This document shows positions 30,606 to 40,101 of a stretch of 40,101 nt of DNA, piece after piece. Source of the DNA: a virus (taxonomy: Duplodnaviria; Heunggongvirae; Uroviricota; Caudoviricetes); the IMG/VR virus record IMGVR_UViG_2718217868_000001, positions 1 to 40,101 of that record. One strand, given 5' to 3'. The notes under the pieces are model-generated. The model made no database searches. It saw nothing but the letters and a program-made list of their open reading frames with translations, and was not told the origin of the DNA. Position numbers and translations under genes: made by a program. The stretch's first letter is position 1, and each line of letters opens with the position of its first letter.

Positions 30606-33091
30606 TGGCTAAAGCATGGAAAGATGTTATCGCCTCTCCACAGTATCAGGCGTTAGCACCAGAACAAAAAGCGCAGGCTCAGGAGCAATACTTCAATGAA
30701 GTCGTGGCCCCGCAAGCCGGAGAAAATGCAGAGCAGGCAAAACAAGCGTTTTACTCTGCTTACCCTAGAGGTCTGCTAGAGAAGGGTAATATTGACATTC
30801 ACAATCGGCCTGTTGTTAAAAACTCTGATGGCAGCATTAGCACTGTGCGGAGCATGTCTACCAATATAGATGGTAGAGAGGTGCTGATTCCTACCGTTAG
30901 TGATGATGGTCGCATTATGTCTGATGATGAAGCTATTGATAACTTCATGAGGACGGGAAAGCATCTTGGTATGTTCGACAATCCTGACGATGCCACTGCA
31001 TATGCGGAGAGTCTGCACAACCAGCAAGCTGATGAATACCTCCCTAGGAAGAATCAAGCTACACAACAGCCTGTACAGCAAAGTACACAGGCAGCGCCTC
31101 AGCAGCAGAAAGAAGAACCATCATTGATGCAACAAGCTGGCGATTGGCTCACAGGTGGTCAAAGTGCAGGGCAAATTGCAGAGCAGGCTGGTCGTGGTCT
31201 GGTAAACATACCATTTGACGTATTGCAGGGTGGCGCAAGTCTGATTAATGCAATCAGCCAGGGGCTTGGTGGCCCCAAGGTTTTGGACGATGTCTATCGT
31301 CCAGTAGATCGACCAACAGACCATTATGCGCAAGCTGGTGAAACAATTGGTGGGTATCTCCTGCCAATTGGCACAGCGGCAAAAGCTGCTGGAGCGCCAG
31401 CAAAGCTCGCTGGAGATATCGGTTCCACAGGAAACATGATTGCAGGTTCTCTTGCTGATGCTGCAAATCAGGAGGGCGACTTTGCACAAAATGCTGCCAT
31501 TAACGGTGGTATCAATATTGGTGCTCAAGGCGTTCTTTCAGGTGTCGGGCGCGTTATTGCGCCAAGGGTTTCACAGGCTCTTGGTGGTGCAGCACTGAAT
31601 TCTGCTAATGATGTTTCCAGGATGGCAAAGTCAGGTGCTGGGCGTCAGTCAATTGCCAGTCAGGCCGCTAATGTGTCCGAAGATGTAGCAAAAGCGGCTG
31701 AGTCTGCTGGAATTGATATAAACGCATTAACACCAGGAATGCGATCTGGAAGTCGTGGAATTGCACAAGCCGAAGGCGCATTGGCATCAACACCAGGAAT
31801 TGTTCAGGACGCCCATCAGGCAGCATTTAACGAAATATCATCAAAGTTAAGTCGAAACCTTGATGAATTTGGGGCCGCATCTGGAACGGCATCAGAAAAA
31901 AGTGCGGCTATAAAACAAAGGATTCTTCAAAATCTTGATCAGATGAAGGATGCCGAGCGCGCGGCATGGGATGACGTGCGGTCAACAATGCCAAATCAAA
32001 AAGCAAGAATGCTAAATGGTAATGCCGTTATTCAGGCAGAGCGATCTGCTGGCATACCGCTTACTCCTGAAATGAAACAGTTTGTTCAGGCAAACAATCA
32101 AGGTGGAGTAACATTTGATGGCATGAAAGCATGGAGAGCGAAATTTGCTGATGCGGAGCAAAAATATAAGCGTAGCGGAGAGGCAAATGCGGCAAGGAGA
32201 GCAGGGGAAATACGCCGGGCAATTACTGATGATATGCGCACAATGGCGGAAAACGGCGGATTTCTTGATGACTGGCAGAAAGCTAATAATCTGTCTAAAG
32301 CTAGGTTATCAGCACAAGAGAGTGCAGAGTCTGTTTTCGGGCGTGATTTGGCAACAGATGCACTGATTACGAATGGAGTAAAATCCCTTCAATCATCGTC
32401 AGCTAAAGGTCTTAATGGTCCTGCAGGGTTCCATTCTATGATCCGCGCGCTGCCAGAATCAGAGCGTGTTCCTGCTATATCATCAATGTTGCAAGATGCT
32501 ATCTCGCATGGTGTACGTGGTGGCAAAGCTGATGCAGCAGGAATTAACCATATCGCAGGGATACTTACCCCACAAAATGTAAAAGCCATTAGCAGATATT
32601 CCTCAGAACTCGGAAGAATTGCTGATGCATATGGCACTCTTGCAAGAGCAGCAGTGAAACCTCAGCAGTATATTGAAAGAACAGGGAGAACTGCCAATGT
32701 ACTACGCGATCTGGATGCCGGTTTATCCAACGTCACATCAACAGTGTTAAATGCAATTGCCAACTCAACATCAGGTGCCATTGTTGGTGGAGCAGGAGGG
32801 GGCATTGCAGGCGCTGCCGCAGGTGCTTTAGTTGGCGCCGGGTTAAAAGGTGCTGTATCTAAAATTGCCACCACGCGTAGCGGCCGATATGCGATAGAGA
32901 AAGCAGTTCAGGAAGCCACCAAAGCAGTAAGAGCTGGCGGAAGTAAAGAAGCATTAGCGGCGGCGGAACGCAGATTTATGGCAAATAAAGCCGCCGTAAA
33001 AGCAATACGTGATGCAGTTGGAAACGAAGAGTTCAATCGCTTAGCGAGGGCTGGCATTGTAGCGTCGCTAAGCGGAATAGCACAGGAGTAA
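30605..33091 (+). CDS. Ejection protein gp16-like (828 aa, longer than P22 gp16)
   Basis: Large Ala/Gly-rich protein in the gp16 position. Confidence 0.75.
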   Translation: MAKAWKDVIASPQYQALAPEQKAQAQEQYFNEVVAPQAGENAEQAKQAFYSAYPRGLLEKGNIDIHNRPVVKNSDGSISTVRSMSTNIDGREVLIPTVSDDGRIMSDDEAIDNFMRTGKHLGMFDNPDDATAYAESLHNQQADEYLPRKNQATQQPVQQSTQAAPQQQKEEPSLMQQAGDWLTGGQSAGQIAEQAGRGLVNIPFDVLQGGASLINAISQGLGGPKVLDDVYRPVDRPTDHYAQAGETIGGYLLPIGTAAKAAGAPAKLAGDIGSTGNMIAGSLADAANQEGDFAQNAAINGGINIGAQGVLSGVGRVIAPRVSQALGGAALNSANDVSRMAKSGAGRQSIASQAANVSEDVAKAAESAGIDINALTPGMRSGSRGIAQAEGALASTPGIVQDAHQAAFNEISSKLSRNLDEFGAASGTASEKSAAIKQRILQNLDQMKDAERAAWDDVRSTMPNQKARMLNGNAVIQAERSAGIPLTPEMKQFVQANNQGGVTFDGMKAWRAKFADAEQKYKRSGEANAARRAGEIRRAITDDMRTMAENGGFLDDWQKANNLSKARLSAQESAESVFGRDLATDALITNGVKSLQSSSAKGLNGPAGFHSMIRALPESERVPAISSMLQDAISHGVRGGKADAAGINHIAGILTPQNVKAISRYSSELGRIADAYGTLARAAVKPQQYIERTGRTANVLRDLDAGLSNVTSTVLNAIANSTSGAIVGGAGGGIAGAAAGALVGAGLKGAVSKIATTRSGRYAIEKAVQEATKAVRAGGSKEALAAAERRFMANKAAVKAIRDAVGNEEFNRLARAGIVASLSGIAQE

Positions 33092-33415
33092 TTAATCATC
33101 CATGGATGGATTGAGCTTATCTCGTGTTGATGTGGCGATTTGTCCTACATTCCTAATCCAAGATTTCAAATCCTTGATATTGTCATTGATTTCATGAATA
33201 TCTTCTTTTTTTAGCCTGTTAATATTATTCTCAATAATTTCAATGGATTGCTCAATATCAGATATGGTGAATGATAGTTTGTTCTTCTCATCTTTTATTG
33301 AGTTTTTAAGTGCTTCGTTCTCAGTCTTGAGGTCAGATATCTTTTGTTTTAAAGATGCCAGTTGGTACTGAACCACAATGAGTGCGATAGCTATCACGAT
33401 AACTGTTGTATACAC
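33092..33415 (-). CDS. Hypothetical membrane-anchored coiled-coil protein (107 aa), AT-rich
   Basis: N-terminal hydrophobic helix (MYTTVIVIAIALIVV) then a heptad-rich segment; very low GC; opposite strand to the late operon. Confidence 0.55.
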   Translation of the reverse strand: MYTTVIVIAIALIVVQYQLASLKQKISDLKTENEALKNSIKDEKNKLSFTISDIEQSIEIIENNINRLKKEDIHEINDNIKDLKSWIRNVGQIATSTRDKLNPSMDD

Positions 33416-33533
33416 ACCAACCTCCTTAGTTTTGAGCAGGATACCATGAAAAAAGTAAACATCTTTTGCCTACTTCACATTTGAATGGTTTGTCATTAGG
33501 ATGTTTCCGGTTTTTTCAAATATGGAAATTGAT

Positions 33534-33953
33534 ATGAAGAGGATTATCGGCGTTGTTGCTGGCGCTATATTGTTATCTGGGTGCGCAACTATTGTTGGTG
33601 ACGAAACACAGCTCGTGCAAGTGAACAGCAATCCTTCCGGTGCGAGCTTTAAAGTAAAAGACGAATCAGGCGTGATTGTTGCGCAAGGCAAGACCCCGCA
33701 AGGAGTAACTCTTGCCAAGTCAGATGGTAGTTATTTTGGCAAAAAGAGCTACCAGATCACTATGGAAAAGGATGGGTACGAACCAGTTACCCTGCCAATC
33801 AAAGCCAATGCTAATGGTTGGTATATTGGTGGAAACCTTGTGTTTGGTGGGTTAATTGGTTGGCTTGCTGTAGATCCTTTTAATGGTGGGATGTATACCT
33901 TGAAGCCAAAAGAGGCAAACGCATCTCTTATACCATCAACAAAGCAAGACTAA
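33534..33953 (+). CDS. Putative lipoprotein with a PEGA-like domain and glycine-rich C-terminus (about 139 aa)
   Basis: Signal peptide with a lipobox (LLSGC); ..VNSNPSGASFKVKDESGVIV..KDGYEPVTLPI.. resembles a PEGA domain; start at 33534 within the six-frame ORF 33501..33953. Confidence 0.65.
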   Translation: MKRIIGVVAGAILLSGCATIVGDETQLVQVNSNPSGASFKVKDESGVIVAQGKTPQGVTLAKSDGSYFGKKSYQITMEKDGYEPVTLPIKANANGWYIGGNLVFGGLIGWLAVDPFNGGMYTLKPKEANASLIPSTKQD

Positions 33954-33960
33954 TAAATAG

Positions 33961-33986
33961 GACCCACCTTCAGGTGGGTTTTTTGT
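33961..33986 (+). terminator. Intrinsic terminator between the convergent lipoprotein gene and mnt
   Basis: Hairpin cccacc/ggtggg followed by TTTTTT; overlaps the mnt stop codon. Confidence 0.7.
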
Positions 33987-34221
33987 ACAAATCCTTCAGC
34001 GTATCAAACACCATCTTCTTAACAAGCTCTGACTGCTCATCAGCGAGTCGTTCTGCATCGTCGCGATATCCAGTCACAGGCGATGGTTTTGATAGAGCAT
34101 CTTGGACGATTTGTAACAACTCGGAGTTCATTGATCTCCCATTCGCCTCCGCCCTGAATTTTAATTTCTCCCTTACTTCCATAGGCATACGGAAGTTAAA
34201 GTGCGGATCATCTCTAGCCAT
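33970..34221 (-). CDS. mnt: Mnt repressor (P22 immI)
   Basis: 83 aa, MARDDPHFNFRMPMEVREKLKFRAEANGRSMNSELLQIVQDAL.., matches P22 Mnt. Confidence 0.95.
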   Translation of the reverse strand: MARDDPHFNFRMPMEVREKLKFRAEANGRSMNSELLQIVQDALSKPSPVTGYRDDAERLADEQSELVKKMVFDTLKDLYKKPT

Positions 34222-34243
34222 GCCATCACTCCAAGTTAGTGTA

Positions 34244-34295
34244 TTGACATGATAGAAGCACTCTACTATATTCTCAATAGGTCCACGGTGGACCT
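34244..34295. promoter_or_regulatory. Divergent Pant/Pmnt control region with the Arc and Mnt operators
   Basis: -35 TTGACA (34244..34249); Oarc ATGATAGAAGCACTCTACTAT (34249..34269); Omnt AGGTCCACGGTGGACCT (34279..34295), as in P22. Confidence 0.9.
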
Positions 34296-34311
34296 ATATT
34301 GTGAGGTGAAT

Positions 34312-34473
34312 ATGAAAGGAATGAGCAAGATGCCGCAGTTCAATTTGCGGTGGCCTAAAGAAGTATTGGATTTGGTACGCAAGGTGGCGGAAGAGAATGG
34401 TCGGTCTGTTAACTCTGAGATTTATCAGAGAGTAATGGAAAGCTTTAAGAAGGAAGGGCGCATTGGCGCGTAA
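34312..34473 (+). CDS. arc: Arc repressor (P22 immI)
   Basis: 53 aa, MKGMSKMPQFNLRWPKEVLDLVRKVAEENGRSVNSEIYQRVMESFKKEGRIGA, matches P22 Arc; start at 34312 within the six-frame ORF 34249..34473. Confidence 0.95.
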   Translation: MKGMSKMPQFNLRWPKEVLDLVRKVAEENGRSVNSEIYQRVMESFKKEGRIGA

Positions 34474-34541
34474 AGTTGAAGCCCCAACTGCGGGAACAGT
34501 CAGGGCTTCGGTATCAACAAATCGTCTTAGGAAATATTGAC
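34474..34541 (-). ncRNA. Putative sar-like antisense RNA covering the ant ribosome-binding site and start
   Basis: Minus-strand promoter (-35 TTGATA at 34571..34576, 17-bp spacer, -10 TATACT at 34548..34553) and an imperfect hairpin in the arc-ant spacer; P22 has a ~68-nt sar RNA here. Ends are estimates. Confidence 0.45.
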
Positions 34542-35465
34542 ATGAAAAGTATAGCAACAGCAGTATCTACTATCAATGTACCATTCCACGGCGCAGAGCT
34601 TTATGTTGTCAATCACAACGGCGAACCGTATACCCCAATGAAACCTATCGTTGAGGGAATGGGGCTAGACTGGAAATCTCAGCATAAGAAGATTTCTCAA
34701 CGCTTCTCGAAGGGTATGGTGGAAATCACCATACCTTCTGCCGGTGGGGTGCAAGCCATGATTTGTATGGCTTTACGAAAATTGGCAGCTTGGTTGAACA
34801 GCATCAGTCCTAACAAAGTCCGCCCTGAAATCCGCGACAAGGTAATCCAGTATCAGGAAGAGTGTGACGATGTGCTCTATGACTACTGGACTAAAGGCCA
34901 TGTAGTTAACCCACGAAAAGCTAAAAAGGCGTTGCCGGGTAAAATCACCACTGAACAGCAGGAAGCCATTAAACAACTCGTCATGAGTCGCGGTCAGTCT
35001 CTGCCAAAGGAAAAACAGGCTAAGGCGATGATCACCATGTGGTCGTCACTGAAATCCCATTTTGGATGTTCGTACAAAGAAATCAGTGAGGAGCAGTTTA
35101 CCGAAGCACTGTCACTTGCAGCTCGAGTTCCACTTGAAGGCGAGTTCATTGGCAAACAAGAGAAGAAAGCAAACGAGCTTTCTGCAAAAGAAGCAAACAG
35201 CCTTGTATGGCTATGGGATTATGCTAACCGTTCACAGGCATTATTCCGCGAACTGTATCCGGCATTAAAACAAATTCAATCGAACTATTCCGGCAGATGC
35301 TACGACTACGGTCATGAATTCTCGTATGTTATCGGAATGGCGAGAGACGTTTTAATCAATCACACACGAGATGTTGATATTAATGAGCCAGACGGACCAA
35401 CGAATCTTTCCGCATGGATGAGACTTAAGAATAAAGAATTACCTCCTTCAGTACATAACTACTGA
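34542..35465 (+). CDS. ant: Antirepressor Ant
   Basis: AGGAAA site; position after arc as in P22; 307 aa; start at 34542 within the six-frame ORF 34476..35465. Confidence 0.75.
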   Translation: MKSIATAVSTINVPFHGAELYVVNHNGEPYTPMKPIVEGMGLDWKSQHKKISQRFSKGMVEITIPSAGGVQAMICMALRKLAAWLNSISPNKVRPEIRDKVIQYQEECDDVLYDYWTKGHVVNPRKAKKALPGKITTEQQEAIKQLVMSRGQSLPKEKQAKAMITMWSSLKSHFGCSYKEISEEQFTEALSLAARVPLEGEFIGKQEKKANELSAKEANSLVWLWDYANRSQALFRELYPALKQIQSNYSGRCYDYGHEFSYVIGMARDVLINHTRDVDINEPDGPTNLSAWMRLKNKELPPSVHNY

Positions 35466-35483
35466 CAGATAACCAACGCAACG

Positions 35484-35508
35484 ACCCAGCTTCGGCTGGG
35501 TTTTTTTA
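35484..35508 (+). terminator. Intrinsic terminator after ant
   Basis: Hairpin cccagc-ttcg-gctggg followed by TTTTTTT. Confidence 0.75.
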
Positions 35509-35565
35509 TGCCCAAAATTCACCGTGGCAATGCTGCGGCGATTCCTTGTATCTGGAGCAAATTAA

Positions 35566-37413
35566 ATGACAGACATTACAGCCAATGTGATTGTATCGAT
35601 GCCTTCGCAACTCTTCACTATGGCGCGTTCTTTTAAAGCCGTAGCCAATGGCAAAATTTATATCGGTAAAATTGACACTGACCCGGTAAATCCTGAAAAC
35701 CAGATTCAGGTTTATGTAGAGAACGAAGACGGATCTCACATTCCTGTTTCGCAACCAATCATTATCAATTCTGCTGGTTACCCTGTATATAACGGACAGA
35801 TTGCCAAATTCGTAACTGTGCAAGGCCATTCTATGGCTGTTTATGATGCGTATGGTGCACAGCAGTTCTATTTTCCGAATGTGCTGAAGTATGATCCTGA
35901 TCAGCTTGAAAAAAGGTTATCAAGCCCATCCGAAGGAATGGGAGATTCTCTAATTGCTGTTAAACAACCTTTTCCGAGAGCGGTTCCACAGACTCAACAT
36001 TTGTTTAATGCAATGACCTTTTCTGTTTTCAGTTGGGGAGCTAAAGCTGATGGCGTCAATGATGACACAACAGCAATTAAAAACTGTCTTCAAGACCTAA
36101 AGAGTTCATATCCATCTGGATGTAATGTATTTCTTCCAGCAGGAGAGTATAGAATTAGTGAAACTATTATTATCCCTGATAGAATTAATTTGTTCGGATG
36201 TGGAAACGGAACTCATATACGGCCAATAGGAGATATTTTAAGTAATAGTAATGCTTATATTATATGTTTTGATTATGGCCCTACAACAGCAGGTGCATTT
36301 ATTCGTGACATAACCATTACTGGAAACGATATAGTGAAGGGGATAGGAACTACCTTAAAAAAAAGCGATACAGTAATAAGGCAAGTTTACGCTCTTAATT
36401 TTGACTGCGTCACGGTACAAAATTGTTCAATAGGTTTTGAAATGCAAGGCTGGTGGCACAGCTCAATGACAAACTGCCGAGCTAGTGGGTGTAATATTGG
36501 TCTTAGATTGCTTGGTCAGTGTGTTAGTATACATATATCAGGATGTAAATTCACAGGAAAGGGGTTGTCTCAACCATCGTCTATAGGAATAGATATTGCA
36601 CCAGAAACTTACTCATGGTCTGGTGGTGAAGTGATAAGCGAGGGGATAATTATTGATGGTGAGACAATGTGTATCTCAAATAACGTTGGGATATGGGTAA
36701 AAGGTAGCCTTTATATGCATCTTTCGAATGTCGATATTGATTTCGTAGGGTCAACTGGGATAATTCTTGAAAATAACAATTCTGTTTTTTCTGTAAGAGA
36801 TTGCTGGATTGCCGCACAAGGTGACAGCATTAATCAGTTTGTTGGAATAGACTTTAGATCTCAGACGCCTTCAGTTCTTCGTAATATAGAAGGAGTGGAA
36901 ATTAGGTGTGAAAACAATAACCCTATCAATAACAATATAGGTATATCTTTAAACAATGTCAGTAATGTTAATGTTTTGGGAGTAAATATAATTGGTGGTG
37001 ATAAATCAATTTATTCAAAAACATCAAGAAATATTAATATCAATGGATGTATGTTTGCTAGTGATTTGTTGTTTGATGATATTGACGGTCTCTCATTGAA
37101 CGGTAATTACATAACATCACTTACCTTATTAAACTCACCAAAAGATAGAAACAATAACTTTGGGGTTAATAACAATAAATTAACTAGAGGAAAGGTAACT
37201 GTACCTATGTCACCCGGAGCTACATCAGGAACTGCAGACATCCCAAACCCAATTTCTGGCGTCATATATTCTGCCAGCGTAATTCCAACTGATGCTGCAA
37301 ACTCAATGGACACTGTTTCAGTTTCAGGAACAACAATAACAATATCAAGACCAACACCTGTTGGTGTTTCCTTACCAACACTTGTTGAATACTATTTAAT
37401 ATCATCATTATAA
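35566..37413 (+). CDS. Tailspike protein: P22 gp9-like N-terminal head-binding domain fused to a different beta-helix receptor-binding domain
   Basis: N-terminal ~115 aa [58 protein letters not shown].. matches the P22 tailspike head-binding domain; the rest is an unrelated pectate-lyase-like region (..[25 protein letters not shown]..). Confidence 0.9.
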   Translation: MTDITANVIVSMPSQLFTMARSFKAVANGKIYIGKIDTDPVNPENQIQVYVENEDGSHIPVSQPIIINSAGYPVYNGQIAKFVTVQGHSMAVYDAYGAQQFYFPNVLKYDPDQLEKRLSSPSEGMGDSLIAVKQPFPRAVPQTQHLFNAMTFSVFSWGAKADGVNDDTTAIKNCLQDLKSSYPSGCNVFLPAGEYRISETIIIPDRINLFGCGNGTHIRPIGDILSNSNAYIICFDYGPTTAGAFIRDITITGNDIVKGIGTTLKKSDTVIRQVYALNFDCVTVQNCSIGFEMQGWWHSSMTNCRASGCNIGLRLLGQCVSIHISGCKFTGKGLSQPSSIGIDIAPETYSWSGGEVISEGIIIDGETMCISNNVGIWVKGSLYMHLSNVDIDFVGSTGIILENNNSVFSVRDCWIAAQGDSINQFVGIDFRSQTPSVLRNIEGVEIRCENNNPINNNIGISLNNVSNVNVLGVNIIGGDKSIYSKTSRNININGCMFASDLLFDDIDGLSLNGNYITSLTLLNSPKDRNNNFGVNNNKLTRGKVTVPMSPGATSGTADIPNPISGVIYSASVIPTDAANSMDTVSVSGTTITISRPTPVGVSLPTLVEYYLISSL

Positions 37414-37442
37414 TCAGCCTGCCAATATTTTATTACACAATC

Positions 37443-37478
37443 AAAAGGCTTTCCTTGCCGACGAAGAAAAGCCTTTTG
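37443..37478. terminator. Bidirectional hairpin between the convergent tailspike and integrase genes
   Basis: About 10-bp stem aaaaggcttt/aaagcctttt with T-rich flanks on both strands. Confidence 0.5.
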
Positions 37479-37699
37479 TAGTATAATTTATGATTTCATA
37501 CGTTTATGGTGGGTTAATGTTTTTTTATCAACCAAGGAAGTTACATCACAAGAAATAAAAATATCTATTAAAAGATACTTTTCATGATAACGATGATATT
37601 TAAATTGAATGAATTATGTTTTGTGAGAAAAAACTGAGACACACAAAGCTTTGCACTGGATTGCAAGGCTTTGCGCTATTCGATAAGGGTTAAGGTGGG

Positions 37700-38893
37700 T
37701 CACTCCACCTTTTCATCAAGCCAGTCCGCCCACCACTGCATCATTTCTCTGCGCTTGTCGAGATACTGAGCATGGTTGTAAATCCCGCGCACAGATCCGC
37801 CGTTGGCATGTGCAAGTTGCACTTCAATAGCATCAGCAGGCCATTCGTGCTCGTTCATAATCGTGCTGAATTCATGCCTGAATCCGTGACCGCTTTCCAG
37901 ACCCTCATAGCCGATTTGTTTGATCACAAGCAATACCGCGTTCTCGCAGATTGGCTTCTTCTTATCGTTGCGCCCGGCAAAAACAAACTCTGATACTGGT
38001 TTAGTGATGGAGCTTAGCGTAGTGAGAAGTTCAACTACCTGGTCCGACATCGGAACCACATGAATTTTGCGTCCCTTCATCACACTGGCGTCGATGGTGA
38101 TAATCCTGTTTTCAAAATCGACGTTCTTCCATAGCATGGAACGAAGCTCTTTTGTTCTGAGGGCTGTGTAGCGTAAAGCTTTGGTCGCAATGAGCGATAC
38201 GATACTTCCTGAAAATGTTGCCAGTGCTTTGTTGAATGCCGGGATCTGGTCTGCAGGAAGAAACGGGAAGTTCTTCTTGCGGTATCCCTTCATGGCGTCA
38301 GCAAGGTCAGGTGCCGGGTTATATTTAGCCCTTCCGGTGACAATAGCGTAACGGAAAACCTCTCCGCATCTTCTGCGGGCTTTGTTGGCTCGCTCAATTG
38401 CACCGCGATCTTCAAATCTGCGGATTACTTCCAGCAGTTGCATCGGCTCAATATCCTGAATTTCAAGGCTGCCGATGATAGGTAAAATGTCGTCATCAAA
38501 CATTTTGGCAAGTTCAGTTGCATAGCCTACTGACCAGACTTGCTTCTTGTGCTCGTACCATTCCTTGTAAATGGCACTAAAGGAATTGTTGTTAGACGAA
38601 GCCTTTTTCGCTTTTACCGGATCGATGCCAACCGAGATGTCTTTCCTCGCGGTCCATGCTTTATCCCTTGCCTCCTGCAAAGTCATAAGCGGATATTTTC
38701 CGACGGTCAGGATTTTCTCCTTACCGTCAATCTTGTAGCGAAGCTGCCATACCTTTTTCCCTGATACAGGGACATAAAGGTACAGGCCATTACCATCGAG
38801 TAGGCGGTATGGTTTTTCTTTCGGCTTTGCTGCTTCAATCTGCTTAACGGTGAGCATGGGTAAAAATCCGGTGGGTAAAATTATTTTATCCAC
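37700..38893 (-). CDS. intS: Tyrosine integrase (KplE1/CPS-53 IntS-type)
   Basis: 397 aa; C-terminal catalytic motifs HGFRHEF and ..VRGIYNHAQY; adjacent to and transcribed away from the tRNA-Arg gene. Confidence 0.9.
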   Translation of the reverse strand: MDKIILPTGFLPMLTVKQIEAAKPKEKPYRLLDGNGLYLYVPVSGKKVWQLRYKIDGKEKILTVGKYPLMTLQEARDKAWTARKDISVGIDPVKAKKASSNNNSFSAIYKEWYEHKKQVWSVGYATELAKMFDDDILPIIGSLEIQDIEPMQLLEVIRRFEDRGAIERANKARRRCGEVFRYAIVTGRAKYNPAPDLADAMKGYRKKNFPFLPADQIPAFNKALATFSGSIVSLIATKALRYTALRTKELRSMLWKNVDFENRIITIDASVMKGRKIHVVPMSDQVVELLTTLSSITKPVSEFVFAGRNDKKKPICENAVLLVIKQIGYEGLESGHGFRHEFSTIMNEHEWPADAIEVQLAHANGGSVRGIYNHAQYLDKRREMMQWWADWLDEKVE

Positions 38894-39032
38894 TTTTTAC
38901 CCGTCATGGAGTGCGGCTGTCAACGATCTGACGCGAACCATTACGAACTGTGAATCTACGGAAGGCTTGATATTCAGGGGATTTTGCGGACTGGTACGGA
39001 TGAGAGCGAACTGATAAATGGTGTCCCCTGCA
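38894..39032. promoter_or_regulatory. Prophage-host junction (att region with probable integrase promoter and arm sites) overlapping the tRNA 3' end
   Basis: Position between int and the tRNA; exact core and crossover are not determinable from one junction. Confidence 0.5.
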
Positions 39033-39093
39033 GGAATCGAACCTGCAATTAGCCCTTAGGAGGGGCTCGTTATATCCATTTAACTAAGAGGAC
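39019..39093 (-). tRNA. argW: tRNA-Arg (anticodon CCU), argW-type
   Basis: 75-nt minus-strand sequence GTCCTCTTAGTTAAATGGATATAACGAGCCCCTCCTAAGGGCTAATTGCAGGTTCGATTCCTGCAGGGGACACCA with a cloverleaf and CCU anticodon. Confidence 0.9.
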
Positions 39094-39168
39094 AATGCGG
39101 CATGAGTATACCCGCTAATGGAGTGCGGGGTAAGTACGCTGCCGCTCGATTGCTTAAACCCTCGCCAT

Positions 39169-40101
39169 TTATGCCGGGTTTTTATAATTTTTCTTAATGT
39201 TTTCCGCACGTTCTGCTTTTTGGCGTGCTTCTGCTTTACGCTTATTGCTCATGTCGTTACGAATCTGTGCATGACTCATTAACGCGAAGATAAAGGTGCC
39301 GCCGCAGATGTTCCCCGCTAAAGTAGGTAGTGCGAAGGGCCAGATGAAATCGCTCCAGTGCAGCGTACCGTTAAACACCAGATAGAGGATTTCAACAGAA
39401 CCGACCACGATATGGGTGGTGTCACCCAGGGCAATAAGCCAGGTCATCAATATAATCACCACAATCTTTGCCGCACCCGCTGCAGGAAACATCCAAACCA
39501 TAGTGGCGATCAGCCAGCCGGAAATGATCGCGTTGGCAAACATCTCGCTGGGGGTGTTCTTCATCACATCCATGCCGATTTTGACAAATGCATCGCGAGT
39601 TTCTTCATTGAAGATAGGCATATATTCAAATGCCCACGCCGCAATACCTGTCCCGAGAATATTACCCAGCAGCACGACGCCCCATAACCGTATAAGTAAG
39701 CCGACGTTGCTCATTGTCGGTTTTTGCATGACGGGTAGTACCGCAGTCACGGTATTTTCGGTAAATAATTGCTGGCGGGCCATAATGACGATAATAAAAC
39801 CAAAGGTATAACCGAGATTCTCCAGCAAGAAGCTGCCCGGCACACCTTCCAGTTCGACATGAAATATCCCTTTTGCCAGTAACGAAGCGCCCATCGACAG
39901 ACCCGCCGCAATGGCTGACCACAGTAGCGCCATTGCGTCGCGTTCCAGCTCTTTTTCACCATCCTGGCGGATATGCTCATGAATTGCCATCGCCCGGGAG
40001 GGGAGTCGGTCTTCATCTATTTCTATTTTTTTGCCGCGCTCTTTTTCTTCGCTCTCAACTTCAATTTCGTCGCTGTGTTGATCAATTTTGTCGTTGTCCA
40101 T
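39169..40101 (-). CDS. yfdC: Inner-membrane transporter of the formate/nitrite transporter family (YfdC-like), host gene
   Basis: 310 aa starting MDNDKIDQHSDE.. with multiple transmembrane helices; sits beside argW as in E. coli. Confidence 0.8.
   Translation of the reverse strand: MDNDKIDQHSDEIEVESEEKERGKKIEIDEDRLPSRAMAIHEHIRQDGEKELERDAMALLWSAIAAGLSMGASLLAKGIFHVELEGVPGSFLLENLGYTFGFIIVIMARQQLFTENTVTAVLPVMQKPTMSNVGLLIRLWGVVLLGNILGTGIAAWAFEYMPIFNEETRDAFVKIGMDVMKNTPSEMFANAIISGWLIATMVWMFPAAGAAKIVVIILMTWLIALGDTTHIVVGSVEILYLVFNGTLHWSDFIWPFALPTLAGNICGGTFIFALMSHAQIRNDMSNKRKAEARQKAERAENIKKNYKNPA

Noticed and set aside
33416-33533. Possible small RNA in the divergent spacer of the late-region insert
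   Set aside because: Only weak hairpins without clear promoter and terminator pairs; more likely a divergent promoter region.

Overview
The window is almost entirely (about 1..39032) one mosaic lambdoid prophage integrated at the 3' end of a tRNA-Arg(CCU) gene (argW-like, 39019..39093, minus strand), next to the host transporter gene yfdC (39169..40101). All family assignments are from reading the sequence and six-frame translations against remembered protein families; no database search was run. The prophage combines lambda-type regulation and lysis (N with nutL, nutR, cII, the nin region, Q with PR', S/R/Rz/Rz1) with a P22-type virion module (terminase gp3/gp2, portal, scaffold, coat, gp4/10/26/14, ejection proteins gp7/20/16, the mnt-arc-ant immI region and a tailspike). 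The cI repressor has a lambda-like C-terminal domain but a different N-terminal DNA-binding domain, and no rexAB is present. The integrase (37700..38893) sits at the tRNA end and a TorI-like excisionase (1..201) at the opposite end, so the second prophage junction lies outside the window. No CRISPR array, IS element or rRNA was seen. The strongest candidates for undescribed biology are two AT-rich accessory cassettes: a four-gene operon between N and cIII (6552..7715), and a two-gene insert where P22 carries sieA (33092..33953). Smaller leads include a short ORF with a (GAGCCA)7 repeat between coat and gp4, paired small membrane proteins in the nin region, and a 16-bp copy of the tRNA T-arm upstream of the excisionase gene.
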